Below, in pieces: positions 27,158 through 36,207 of a DNA stretch of 64,000 nucleotides; the stretch's first letter is position 1; the number at the start of each line of letters is the position of its first letter. The stretch is taken from assembly GCA_964632485.1 (NCBI GenBank), contig CAZWDO010000010.1:62001-126000 (forward strand), written 5' to 3'. The DNA is from an uncultured bacterium (lineage in GTDB: Bacteria; JAGOEH01). The notes beneath the pieces are model-generated. The model was given only the letters and a program-made list of their open reading frames with translations. It searched no databases and had not been told where the DNA came from. Made by a program: the position numbers and the translations under genes.

Positions 27158-28531
27158 ATGGCTACGATGATGATTCGAATTTTTTTATTTCTAATACTTA
27201 CCAGTATATTTTCTTTTAACATAGATTTTGCGAATTATGAGCGTCTGGTATTAAAGCCGGTTGATCTTGACCTTCAGGCAAGCCCAGTGGATTGTAAACT
27301 GAATGGCCAGGAAGTTCAAAATTTTGAATTATCTATTAATAAAATGATTAATCAGCGAAAATATCGGCATACTTCACTGAGCATTGCAGTTCAGCGATTG
27401 GATGGTACCCCTGTTTATTCGTATGGGGCCGGTCAAAAAATGATTCCGGCTTCCACTATTAAATTGATAACAACGGCAGTCGCTTTGGAAATTTTAGGTC
27501 CCGGCTACACTTTCAAGACTACTTTGGCCACGGATGGTATCATCAAAGACGGGATGCTCCTTGGAAATCTTATTCTACAGGGCGGCGCTGATCCGAAACT
27601 TTCCGGGTTTTTTGATGCGTCAATTGCCGATGTTGTCAAAGAATGGGTCGATAGCCTGCAGATTTTTGGAATCGAGAAGATTACCGGTGGAATTTATCTG
27701 GATAACAGTTTCTATATGGATGCTCATGGAGAAATTCAACGTCGCTATCTGACAACTGCCTGTTTTGACCAGGCGACTCGCCAACAACTCACTCAATGGG
27801 TCCCCCTGGATAATGGGAATTTTATCAAAAAACGGATTCGTTTACCCCGTCGCTCGACACGTAAAATGGTGGATGTTCATCTAAATAATTACCTCGGTAA
27901 TCTGCTGGTCAATGAATTGACTTCACGAAAAATGACCAATCAAAAATTTATCCAGAGTGAACTGGATAGTCTGGTCGCTTCGGAGCTTCAGGAAATTCTG
28001 GTTCATGAATCAGAACTCTTATATAAGGTATTGGAGCGGACTAATAAAAAAAGTGATAATTTTTATGCCTCGCAAATTTTGCGCACTCTTGGATGGGAAT
28101 GCTGTGGCGGAGCTACGCAGGAAAATGGCCGGATTGTTATTAAACGTTATTTGCAGGAAAAAATGGCGATCGATTCTACAGTGTACCAGATCGCCGACGG
28201 TTCGGGACTCAGCTATGAAAATAGTATCTCTGCCAATGTATTAAACCAGGTTCTGACGTTTATGCAGAATAATAGCCCTTATTGGATTTATTATTATGAA
28301 TCTCTTTCGATACCGAAAGTGGATGGAACGCTTATCAGCCGGATCAATCATCCCTTAGCGACCAATGTGCATGCCAAAACCGGCACGCTTTCCTCTGTTA
28401 TTTCCTTGTCAGGATATCTGACCACTTCTTCCGGGGAACCGTTAGTTTTTTCCATGATAGCGAATGGCGGATCAAAAAAATTAAATCGAATTCTGCTGGA
28501 TCACATCTGCGTGAAGCTTCTTGAACTTTAG
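27158..28531 (+). CDS. dacB: D-alanyl-D-alanine carboxypeptidase/endopeptidase (PBP4, peptidase S13)
   Basis: PASTIKL (SxxK), GGADP, SDN, DGSGLS, AKTGTL. Confidence 0.92.
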   Translation: MATMMIRIFLFLILTSIFSFNIDFANYERLVLKPVDLDLQASPVDCKLNGQEVQNFELSINKMINQRKYRHTSLSIAVQRLDGTPVYSYGAGQKMIPASTIKLITTAVALEILGPGYTFKTTLATDGIIKDGMLLGNLILQGGADPKLSGFFDASIADVVKEWVDSLQIFGIEKITGGIYLDNSFYMDAHGEIQRRYLTTACFDQATRQQLTQWVPLDNGNFIKKRIRLPRRSTRKMVDVHLNNYLGNLLVNELTSRKMTNQKFIQSELDSLVASELQEILVHESELLYKVLERTNKKSDNFYASQILRTLGWECCGGATQENGRIVIKRYLQEKMAIDSTVYQIADGSGLSYENSISANVLNQVLTFMQNNSPYWIYYYESLSIPKVDGTLISRINHPLATNVHAKTGTLSSVISLSGYLTTSSGEPLVFSMIANGGSKKLNRILLDHICVKLLEL

Positions 28532-30889
28532 GGGCAGAGCCAGAAAAATTCCACCCAAAGCCGCCGTCCAGTTTAATCCGATATCGCTCCAGTCGAAATA
28601 ACGCACAGGTAAATAGAATTGCACAAACTCGTCCATCGCTCCCAACGCTAACATAATCAGCATAATACCGATTATTTGATATAAGAATCGCCCCGGTTTA
28701 CTCGTTTGGCTTCTCACTAATAGCCATGCCAGCAAACTATAAATAACTATATGCATCCGTGTAGCGATGATCGGTATCTGAGTAAATTTCCAATAAAGAA
28801 ACACTAGGATTATTAAGTCCAAAATTATTTTATAATGGAATATTTTTTGATTTTTATCGCGAATTCTGTAAATCAACCAAGAGAAGCCAAGGATAGCCAA
28901 TAACGAGTAAAGACCGGTTTTCAGAGTTTGCAGTCCGAACTGGTTATAAAGTTTTTCCCACATCAGAGGGATCACGCCCAATGAGAAGAAATGGCATTCG
29001 GCCAGAAGAGTGAATAATGTCAGCGATGTTATGCGGCGTCGGGTTTCTGAAGATCGGGAACGGAACAATCGATAACTAAAAAAAACGAGTGTGAGGAAAA
29101 CATAAGAGCAGATCGCCGGAGCGGAAAACAGCCAATGTCGTTCAATTAAGGCAGTGATTGCGGGACGCGACTGGAGCGCGATCAAACCGGCGTTATCCAG
29201 CCATGAGGTCCGGGCTGAATCAACTTTGGCAATAGTAAAATCGAGAGGACGGCTAATTAACTCCGGATGCCCCTGGGGATAAACTTGAATCCGCCATGGG
29301 TTGTATAATGCCAGGGTGTTCCACATGGCTGGTGTAAATGGTCCGAATGTATGCTTTCGTCCCCAAATTCTAAATTCGCCCTTCAAATTGAAACGTCCCT
29401 GGCCGATATTGTATTGAATGATATACCATAAGGAATCGGCTCCGCTCCATTCGCCTTTGATGGCGCCTTTAAATAGCGCATGTTTGATTTTTTCCAGGTT
29501 GCGTGGGGCTAATATTAATGGGGCCATAAGGTTGTCAGAATTCGTCCCCAGAGTTTCATCATTTTTAATCATTTTACTCAGTGAATCATGGGCCAGACTG
29601 ATACTATCCAGGAGAGAGCTGAATCTTCGGCAAATCGGATCAGAGGCGGCATAATGGTTGAAACGTTCCGCCGGGTCTTCGCTAAGGCGGTACCATTCAT
29701 AAGTAGTATCGGTCGGAGAAATAACTCGGATCATTTTGTTGGTGTCGTTAAACACACTCTGAAGTAGGGTAGAGAGCATTTCCTGCGGAGCCTGGAACCC
29801 GCCCGGATTCGATTCGGCATAGCGCAACCGCTGTGTATCCTCTGTTTCCCGGGAGGGAGTTGCCTGATTTTCAATCAGTGGCATCAGATTGATTCCCTGC
29901 AGGATGGAGGGAATGGGTAGTCCCAGATATGCCAGAATAGTGGGTACTATATCGACTTGTTGCGCGGGAAGATTGATTCTCTGACCGGCGAACTGGTGCC
30001 CTGGAAAGTGAATGATCAGGGGGATATGCAGAATTTCTCGATGGAGCTGGCTGCGAAGCGATGTTGAACCATGGCCGACAAATCCGTGTTCCAGAAGTTC
30101 TTCGCCGTGATCGGCGGTAATGACCAACAGCAAGCTGTCCCAAAGTTTGTTTTCCTTTAAATCAGAAAAGAGAGGGGCAAAAAAATCCCGATCCATTTTG
30201 CGGATTTGGCCCTCGTACAATCCGCGTACCCAACTATTATCCCCAACCTCAAATCCTATCGTTCCATAATGGAGTACCGGCATGGTCGTTAACAGATTAT
30301 AACGCCTGGCAAATAGGGTATCGCTAAAATCCAGCGCGCTCAAATCAAAGGGTGTTATGCCCTTTTCATATTGATATGGCATGTGCAAATCGCGATGGTG
30401 ATACCAGGCGCAAAACGGCTGCGACAAATTTTTCGATTTCTTAATAAAATGGAATAAAATATCATTGCCCTGATCCAGCCAGGTCTCGCGGTCCGGATAC
30501 GACATGAGTCCCAGATTGAAAAAATTGGATATGGCGCTCAGATAAGAGAGGTCGGGACAATAGTAACCCGACGGAGTCAGCATTTTAAAGATTGTCGGGA
30601 GTTGGGGAGGTATGGCGGCATCTCTGGAAATGACTTCGTGTACGGACGGATAAAATCCGGTTAAGACGGAGATGAGACCGGGTGAAGTCCAGGCGGACGT
30701 CGCATAGCATTTTTCAAATAGAACGCTTTGCTGAATTATCGAGTCTAATGCCGGAGTTCCGCTGCCGCCGTTATAGGCGCCGATAAAATCGGGCCGGAAT
30801 GTATCGACGGTGAGTATGAGAATATGCGGTCGGGCTAAATTCGCGGATATCCAACACACCCATGCGAGAAGGCTAATGAGTTTTTTCAT
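28481..30889 (-). CDS. sulfatase/alkaline-phosphatase-superfamily protein fused to a membrane VanZ-like domain
   Basis: LTVDTFRPD, SAWTSPG (no CxPxR), ADHGE..GHG, QVDIVPT; C-terminal TM helices with H..IYSLL...DEFVQFYLPVRYFDWSDIGLN; overlaps dacB convergently by 51 bp. Confidence 0.8.
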   Translation of the reverse strand: MKKLISLLAWVCWISANLARPHILILTVDTFRPDFIGAYNGGSGTPALDSIIQQSVLFEKCYATSAWTSPGLISVLTGFYPSVHEVISRDAAIPPQLPTIFKMLTPSGYYCPDLSYLSAISNFFNLGLMSYPDRETWLDQGNDILFHFIKKSKNLSQPFCAWYHHRDLHMPYQYEKGITPFDLSALDFSDTLFARRYNLLTTMPVLHYGTIGFEVGDNSWVRGLYEGQIRKMDRDFFAPLFSDLKENKLWDSLLLVITADHGEELLEHGFVGHGSTSLRSQLHREILHIPLIIHFPGHQFAGQRINLPAQQVDIVPTILAYLGLPIPSILQGINLMPLIENQATPSRETEDTQRLRYAESNPGGFQAPQEMLSTLLQSVFNDTNKMIRVISPTDTTYEWYRLSEDPAERFNHYAASDPICRRFSSLLDSISLAHDSLSKMIKNDETLGTNSDNLMAPLILAPRNLEKIKHALFKGAIKGEWSGADSLWYIIQYNIGQGRFNLKGEFRIWGRKHTFGPFTPAMWNTLALYNPWRIQVYPQGHPELISRPLDFTIAKVDSARTSWLDNAGLIALQSRPAITALIERHWLFSAPAICSYVFLTLVFFSYRLFRSRSSETRRRITSLTLFTLLAECHFFSLGVIPLMWEKLYNQFGLQTLKTGLYSLLAILGFSWLIYRIRDKNQKIFHYKIILDLIILVFLYWKFTQIPIIATRMHIVIYSLLAWLLVRSQTSKPGRFLYQIIGIMLIMLALGAMDEFVQFYLPVRYFDWSDIGLNWTAALGGIFLALPLKFKKLHADVIQQNSI

Positions 30890-32372
30890 ACGTCGATTTA
30901 ATAAGCCGGGTCAGATATTCCCGCGGGTCTTCCAGCAATTCGCGGGTAATGATCAAGTGATTCATTTTGGCCAGTGTCAATCCATACTCGTAATCCTTCA
31001 GCATTTTATCGATTTCGAGGATAAATTGTTGGGGGTTCTTGCTGTACTGTTCGAAAATATAGGTTTGGGCGTCTTGCTGAAACTCAAGTTCTATATTGAA
31101 ATTATGTTTGTATTTATAAATAAGTTCGCGGATGATAACGAGTAATAGCATGTGGGACTGGGGGAATGCATGTGTGGCTAAAGCCTGGTCGATGGTAATA
31201 TGGCTCATCTGCAACGAGGGTAAATGGGTCTCAAAAGGGATGAGTGAACGTTCGATCACCCTGACCAGCGCCCGGGCGCCGGTTTTTTCTCTTACCGCTT
31301 CCTGGGCGTAATAGCGCAGCGCGTTTTCCTCAAAGTCCAAATGAATATGATAGGAGGCAAAATCGATTATTTTAGAATTGATGATCGCGCTGTTTTTATT
31401 GGTTAAAATTTCAAACAGATTGTCTTCAGTCAGATCGTTCAAAATTGTGATGACTGGCAACCGGCCAATAAATTCAGACTCAAATCCGTATTCGATCAGG
31501 TCTTCGGTAGAGGTCATTTTCAAGTACTCGACATCTTCCGTGCGTGTGGTATATTGGCTTTTGAAGCCGATACCCTGTTTATTGACCCGGCGTTTGATAA
31601 TATCGCTTAATCCGTCGAAAGCGCCCGAAACAATAAAAAGGATGTTCCGAGTGCTGATCATTTGCCGCTGAATACGACCGTTCCGCTGCAATTCCATTAA
31701 CGCTTCCATCTGAGATGTAATATCGTGCGGCACTTTGAGATTCACTTCGGTATCTTCCATTAGTTTCAGCAGATTCCGCTGGACGCCGGTACGGGACACA
31801 TCCGGACCAATCAGGTTTTTTGAGGCAGCGATTTTATCGATTTCATCGATATAAACAATACCAAATTCGGCCAGACGAACATTGTCCCGGGCTTCTTTAA
31901 CCAGGTCACGGATTATATCTTCGACATCCCGGCCGACATATCCAGTTTCGCTGAATTTAGTTGCATCTGCTTTGACAAAGGGGACCCCGATTTTATCAGC
32001 AATCAATTTAATAATAAAGGTTTTACCGACACCCGTGGAACCGATCATGAGAACATTATTTTTGACATTTCCCAGCAGTTGCAATGGTTGTCTCTGATCC
32101 TGTTTCAAAAGATGGATACGATGAAAATGCGTACATACTTTAGTCGATAGTACCTTGATAGCCTCCTCTTGATTGATTACATATTGCTCGAGATAGGTTG
32201 CCAGTTCCAGCGGTTTGATATCAAAATCGATTTCAGGATAGGCATCATCTTCTATATGAGGGGGAGGGGTTTCGGTAACACTGACTTCGGGTACAATGAA
32301 CCGATCGCCATATTTTTGCTTCAGGTAGTCGGTTAAATCCTTTTGAATCTGATAGGGATCAATTTTTGCCAT
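30873..32372 (-). CDS. ClpX-like AAA+ unfoldase lacking the N-terminal Zn finger
   Basis: GSTGVGKT, DATKFSETGYVG, YIDEIDKI, GIGF loop, EFIGRLP, TGARAL; no C4 finger; C-terminal extension. Confidence 0.85.
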   Translation of the reverse strand: MAKIDPYQIQKDLTDYLKQKYGDRFIVPEVSVTETPPPHIEDDAYPEIDFDIKPLELATYLEQYVINQEEAIKVLSTKVCTHFHRIHLLKQDQRQPLQLLGNVKNNVLMIGSTGVGKTFIIKLIADKIGVPFVKADATKFSETGYVGRDVEDIIRDLVKEARDNVRLAEFGIVYIDEIDKIAASKNLIGPDVSRTGVQRNLLKLMEDTEVNLKVPHDITSQMEALMELQRNGRIQRQMISTRNILFIVSGAFDGLSDIIKRRVNKQGIGFKSQYTTRTEDVEYLKMTSTEDLIEYGFESEFIGRLPVITILNDLTEDNLFEILTNKNSAIINSKIIDFASYHIHLDFEENALRYYAQEAVREKTGARALVRVIERSLIPFETHLPSLQMSHITIDQALATHAFPQSHMLLLVIIRELIYKYKHNFNIELEFQQDAQTYIFEQYSKNPQQFILEIDKMLKDYEYGLTLAKMNHLIITRELLEDPREYLTRLIKSTYEKTH

Positions 32373-32375
32373 CTA

Positions 32376-33146
32376 TTATGCCCTTTTCTCAGGTTTAGTC
32401 CAACAGTGCAATATGTTTCCACTTATCTGCTGCATAATTGCGGCAGTTGCAACGGCAGCGGTTTCCGAACGAAGAATGGAAGGACCCAGGGAAATATTAA
32501 ACGCGTGACGGTTTTTAAGCGCTGCCAGTTCTGCGCAGGAAAATCCTCCCGGGGGACCGATAATAGCGCACCATTCACGAGCGGGAGGTGGCCATTGGTT
32601 TTGCTGCCGTCCAGCTTGAATTTCATTGGGAAGTACCAGGGGGATGCCGGGTGGAAGTTCATCTAAAAGACTTGTTATAGTTTTAAAAAAACGAATATCA
32701 GGTAAAAATGGATGATGCGCTTGTTTCATGGCTTCAATCATAATTTTCAGTATCCGATTATGTTTTCGATTGAGTTCGCCATCGTGTTGGAACCCGGTGA
32801 ATTCTCCCTGGTAAATCCAAATAGACCCGATGGCCATCTCGGTTAGCTTTTCTATGGCATCTTCCATGCGCGGCCATTTACCGAGTCCCAAACCCATGAT
32901 CATGCGGGTCGGACAGGGGGGGATTTCCCGGACGTTCTTGATATCAATTATGGCGGCGTTTCGCTTCAGGGCGCTGATGCAACCTTCAGCAATAAATCCC
33001 TTGCCATTGGTGACTTCGATAGTGTCTCCTGTATGCGCTCTTAAGCTTTTTTGCAAGTGATGAGCATCATTTTGTTCCAGGATCAATTGTTGTCCCGGCA
33101 CAAAATGCGCATCAGCATAGAAAAGAGGGTAAGCATGAGTTTTCAT
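32376..33146 (-). CDS. rsmE: 16S rRNA m3U1498 methyltransferase
   Basis: [44 protein letters not shown]. Confidence 0.9.
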   Translation of the reverse strand: MKTHAYPLFYADAHFVPGQQLILEQNDAHHLQKSLRAHTGDTIEVTNGKGFIAEGCISALKRNAAIIDIKNVREIPPCPTRMIMGLGLGKWPRMEDAIEKLTEMAIGSIWIYQGEFTGFQHDGELNRKHNRILKIMIEAMKQAHHPFLPDIRFFKTITSLLDELPPGIPLVLPNEIQAGRQQNQWPPPAREWCAIIGPPGGFSCAELAALKNRHAFNISLGPSILRSETAAVATAAIMQQISGNILHCWTKPEKRA

Positions 33147-34306
33147 GAACTAAAAAAGGTTTTATCCTTTAAACGGGAAAAGGCGCTTTCCCCCTGAAAA
33201 TTTTCAAATTCGGGGAACTCTTTCAGTTGTTCGATTAGTTGTTTGGCTTTACCTGAGATTTTTTCCGGAATGAAAATATCGATTAAAATTAATTGGTCCC
33301 CGGCGTTTGAGCTATGTAGGTGAGGAATTCCTTTGCCGCGTAAGCGGAGGATTTTACCCGCCGGCGTTCCCGGGGGAATCGGTACCATAACGGGACCCTG
33401 CAGAGTATTGACTTTAATTTTATCGCCCAACAGAGCCTGCCAGACGGTGAGTCTGACTTCCACCATGACATCATCTCCCTGTCTTCGGAAAACAGGATCT
33501 TTTTTTTCTTTGATGAATACATAGACGTCTCCTGCGGGACCTCCCTGAATGCCGCTATTCCCCTGGCTTTTGATGGGGATATAGTTTCCTTCGCTGACCC
33601 CGGTCGGAATCGAGACGGAGATAGTCTGATAAGTTTCAATCCGCCCGGTGCTGTGGCATTTAGAACAGGGGCTTGCGGGGATTTTTCCGCGGCCCTGGCA
33701 GGTCGGACAGGTGGTGATATTGACAAATTGTCCAAACAGGGATCTCGAAACATTTTTGACCTGACCGGCTCCATTGCATGTGGCGCAAGTGTTGAACTGG
33801 TTGTTAGCGGATCCGCTGCCGTTGCATGTATCGCAACTGGCATATTTTTTAATTTTAATTTTTTTCTCACACCCCGTAGCGATTTCCTGCAAAGTGAGTT
33901 CTACAGCCACTTTTAGATCCTCGCCTTTTCTGGCTTGTGTTTGCTCGCGCGCTCGGCTCGATCCTCCGAAAAGATCCTCAAATCCGCCAAATCCAAAATC
34001 GAATCCGCCAAAATCCCGCATGAAATTCCTTAGAGCATCATTCACATCGAAACCGTTCATCCCGTCAAATCCGCCTCCTGAGATACCCGCATGTCCAAAT
34101 CGATCATATTTCGAGCGTTTTTCAGGATCTTTAAGCACTTCATAGGCTTCCGAGATTTCTTTGAACATCTGCTCAGCGTTTTTATCGTTTGGATTTTTGT
34201 CGGGGTGGTATTTCATTGCCAAACGGCGATACGCTTTTTTCAGCTCTTCTTCGGTAGCGTTACGTTCAATGCCTAATATTTCATAATAATCTTTTTTGTT
34301 TGCCAT
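33143..34306 (-). CDS. dnaJ: molecular chaperone DnaJ
   Basis: DYYEILG, HPD, G/F-rich region, four CxxCxxxG repeats. Confidence 0.97.
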   Translation of the reverse strand: MANKKDYYEILGIERNATEEELKKAYRRLAMKYHPDKNPNDKNAEQMFKEISEAYEVLKDPEKRSKYDRFGHAGISGGGFDGMNGFDVNDALRNFMRDFGGFDFGFGGFEDLFGGSSRAREQTQARKGEDLKVAVELTLQEIATGCEKKIKIKKYASCDTCNGSGSANNQFNTCATCNGAGQVKNVSRSLFGQFVNITTCPTCQGRGKIPASPCSKCHSTGRIETYQTISVSIPTGVSEGNYIPIKSQGNSGIQGGPAGDVYVFIKEKKDPVFRRQGDDVMVEVRLTVWQALLGDKIKVNTLQGPVMVPIPPGTPAGKILRLRGKGIPHLHSSNAGDQLILIDIFIPEKISGKAKQLIEQLKEFPEFENFQGESAFSRLKDKTFFSS

Positions 34307-34331
34307 ACTCTTCCCTTTTTGTTTTTCGTCT

Positions 34332-34360
34332 ATAATACATCATTTTTGCCGCCTTGTCAA
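34332..34360 (-). promoter_or_regulatory. sigma70-type promoter of dnaJ
   Basis: TTGACA, 17 bp, TATTAT on the minus strand. Confidence 0.7.
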
Positions 34361-34366
34361 GAGGAA

Positions 34367-35569
34367 TCAGGGGATAATTTGTAAATAAGGATCATCATTT
34401 GGACGAGGAAAATCGGCATAAAGTTGTTTTTGTGAATATAAAAAAAATATTGGCTGTTGGTGGCCAATCACTTCCCATTCTCCATTTTCCCCCAGCCATG
34501 GAACGGTGTTCCCTTGCCGGTCGATATACGTGATTTCGTAGTGATGGGGGCCGGGTGGCAAATTTAGTGTGACGGCATGAAGCCGGTCAGAAAGATTGAA
34601 CCAGAAACGAAAATCGGCTTCGGCTTTCACTGCATTTGAAATCAATGCCAGTGCAGCGCTGGAAGCGGTTAGTGTTTGACTGGTTCGGTCGGATTCGGTA
34701 GGATTGGCAATAACAGACCCACTCCCAATGATTTCCGATGTAATAGCCAATCCTTTTTTCCATTGCACTTGATCCGCAAGAATCGCGTCGAATTGGCGTC
34801 CACCCCGGGTGGTTGCCTGCCAATAAAGGTCATCGAGTTCAAATGCCGTCTGCTCAATACCGTCCACTATTAATCGGGGAGCGATTTCCCGGATAAATTT
34901 ACCGCGTTTATAGCGTAAAATATTATGTCCAATTCCGTCCACTACCTTACGAGGGGCAGTTCCCGTTTCGATCAGAACCAAGACGTTATGATGGGGTGGC
35001 GGAGTTTTGATGGTCGGGTTCAATTCCGCCAGTTCCTGAAAAGCGTCGCGCGCGCCCCGTTCATCGTCTATAACGCGGCAAGTCCACCCTAATAAAAACA
35101 ACACACTACAAAAATCACAATTATATTTGAATTCGGCTGCATAGGAATCTTCCAGAATAGCAGCTCGAAAACAGGCGCGGGCATTTTGATAATCGCCCGA
35201 CTGATAGAATGTCAGGCCGCGGTAAAAATAGGCCATCACCCGTTCATAGGGTTCTCCCTTAAAATATTTATCCTTCTCCCAACCCCAAAGGCTGCGGGCC
35301 GTTTTGGCCTGTTCGCTGTGCGCAAAAACTGTTTCAATGCCGAGCAAGGCATTTTCAAAACAGTATGCCGCCAGGTCCCATTGTTTCAAATAGAATGCAT
35401 CTTTGCCGAATTGCATGCAATTCAACACCTCATTCCGCTTCCCCTCACGCATTAATATCGTGTAGTCAAGACGGATTTCCTCTGGAATGTATAATCGGTT
35501 TGTTTCTTGTGTCCAACTGGCTCCACTACCGATAAATAACATCATCGCCAGCAGCTTTTTGAAATTCAT
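34367..35569 (-). CDS. exported TPR protein, COG3014-like
   Basis: Signal peptide; FKGEPYERVMAYFYRG, YQNARACFR, ETGTAPRK, ADFRFW.NL motifs; next to an LpoB-like gene. Confidence 0.65.
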   Translation of the reverse strand: MNFKKLLAMMLFIGSGASWTQETNRLYIPEEIRLDYTILMREGKRNEVLNCMQFGKDAFYLKQWDLAAYCFENALLGIETVFAHSEQAKTARSLWGWEKDKYFKGEPYERVMAYFYRGLTFYQSGDYQNARACFRAAILEDSYAAEFKYNCDFCSVLFLLGWTCRVIDDERGARDAFQELAELNPTIKTPPPHHNVLVLIETGTAPRKVVDGIGHNILRYKRGKFIREIAPRLIVDGIEQTAFELDDLYWQATTRGGRQFDAILADQVQWKKGLAITSEIIGSGSVIANPTESDRTSQTLTASSAALALISNAVKAEADFRFWFNLSDRLHAVTLNLPPGPHHYEITYIDRQGNTVPWLGENGEWEVIGHQQPIFFLYSQKQLYADFPRPNDDPYLQIIP

Positions 35570-36140
35570 AGGTATTGCTCCACACAATCTCTGAGTTGGT
35601 TAAATCAATGAGTTCAAATAATATCTGGTTATATTTTTTGACTTGTCCTTTACTGTCTTTCGTGGTAATATCGCTGATCCTGCCGGTTATCCGGTAATCC
35701 GCTCCCAGAAGCTGTTGGTCAGGTTTCACTCCGGTATCAGTTGTTTCCGCACTTTTAGTTTGTTTTTCCTCTTCAACTGCCGTTACATTTTCTCGGGAAA
35801 CAAACCGTATTTTCCCTTTAGCATTGCGAATCAGGTTCGATCGGATACGATCTGTCAGCACATTGATATTAATTCGCTGCGTACCTTCATTGGAAAAAAA
35901 ACGGCTATCGACGATGATGCGGGGGGGATCGTTCACATTTGAGATTTGAGGCAACGCCAAAATATCCCTGGCCATGAGATCGGTCATGGCGACCACATCC
36001 TGGCCCTCGATACCTGCGCCGCTGACCGGGCCTTGTTTGTCCACATCAATGTATTGTGGCGCCAGACCTTCATTTTCGGGGGGTGGAGCGCAGGCCGATA
36101 CGACCATTATCATTGCGGCAATGGTTAACCAGATACGCAT
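35526..36140 (-). CDS. LpoB/CsgG-like lipoprotein (penicillin-binding protein activator family)
   Basis: Lipobox VSAC; RFVSR, LGADYRITGRISDI, ELIDLTNSEIVWS. Confidence 0.75.
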   Translation of the reverse strand: MRIWLTIAAMIMVVSACAPPPENEGLAPQYIDVDKQGPVSGAGIEGQDVVAMTDLMARDILALPQISNVNDPPRIIVDSRFFSNEGTQRININVLTDRIRSNLIRNAKGKIRFVSRENVTAVEEEKQTKSAETTDTGVKPDQQLLGADYRITGRISDITTKDSKGQVKKYNQILFELIDLTNSEIVWSNTYEFQKAAGDDVIYR

Positions 36141-36207
36141 AAAGTTCTCCTTGCTGATAGGGTTAATTGGACTATTTAACTATAATAATTGTCCTATGGT
36201 TCCAGAA

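Noticed and set aside
34307-34366. CIRCE or other heat-shock operator before dnaJ
   Set aside because: No TTAGCACTC-N9-GAGTGCTAA; only a sigma70-type promoter
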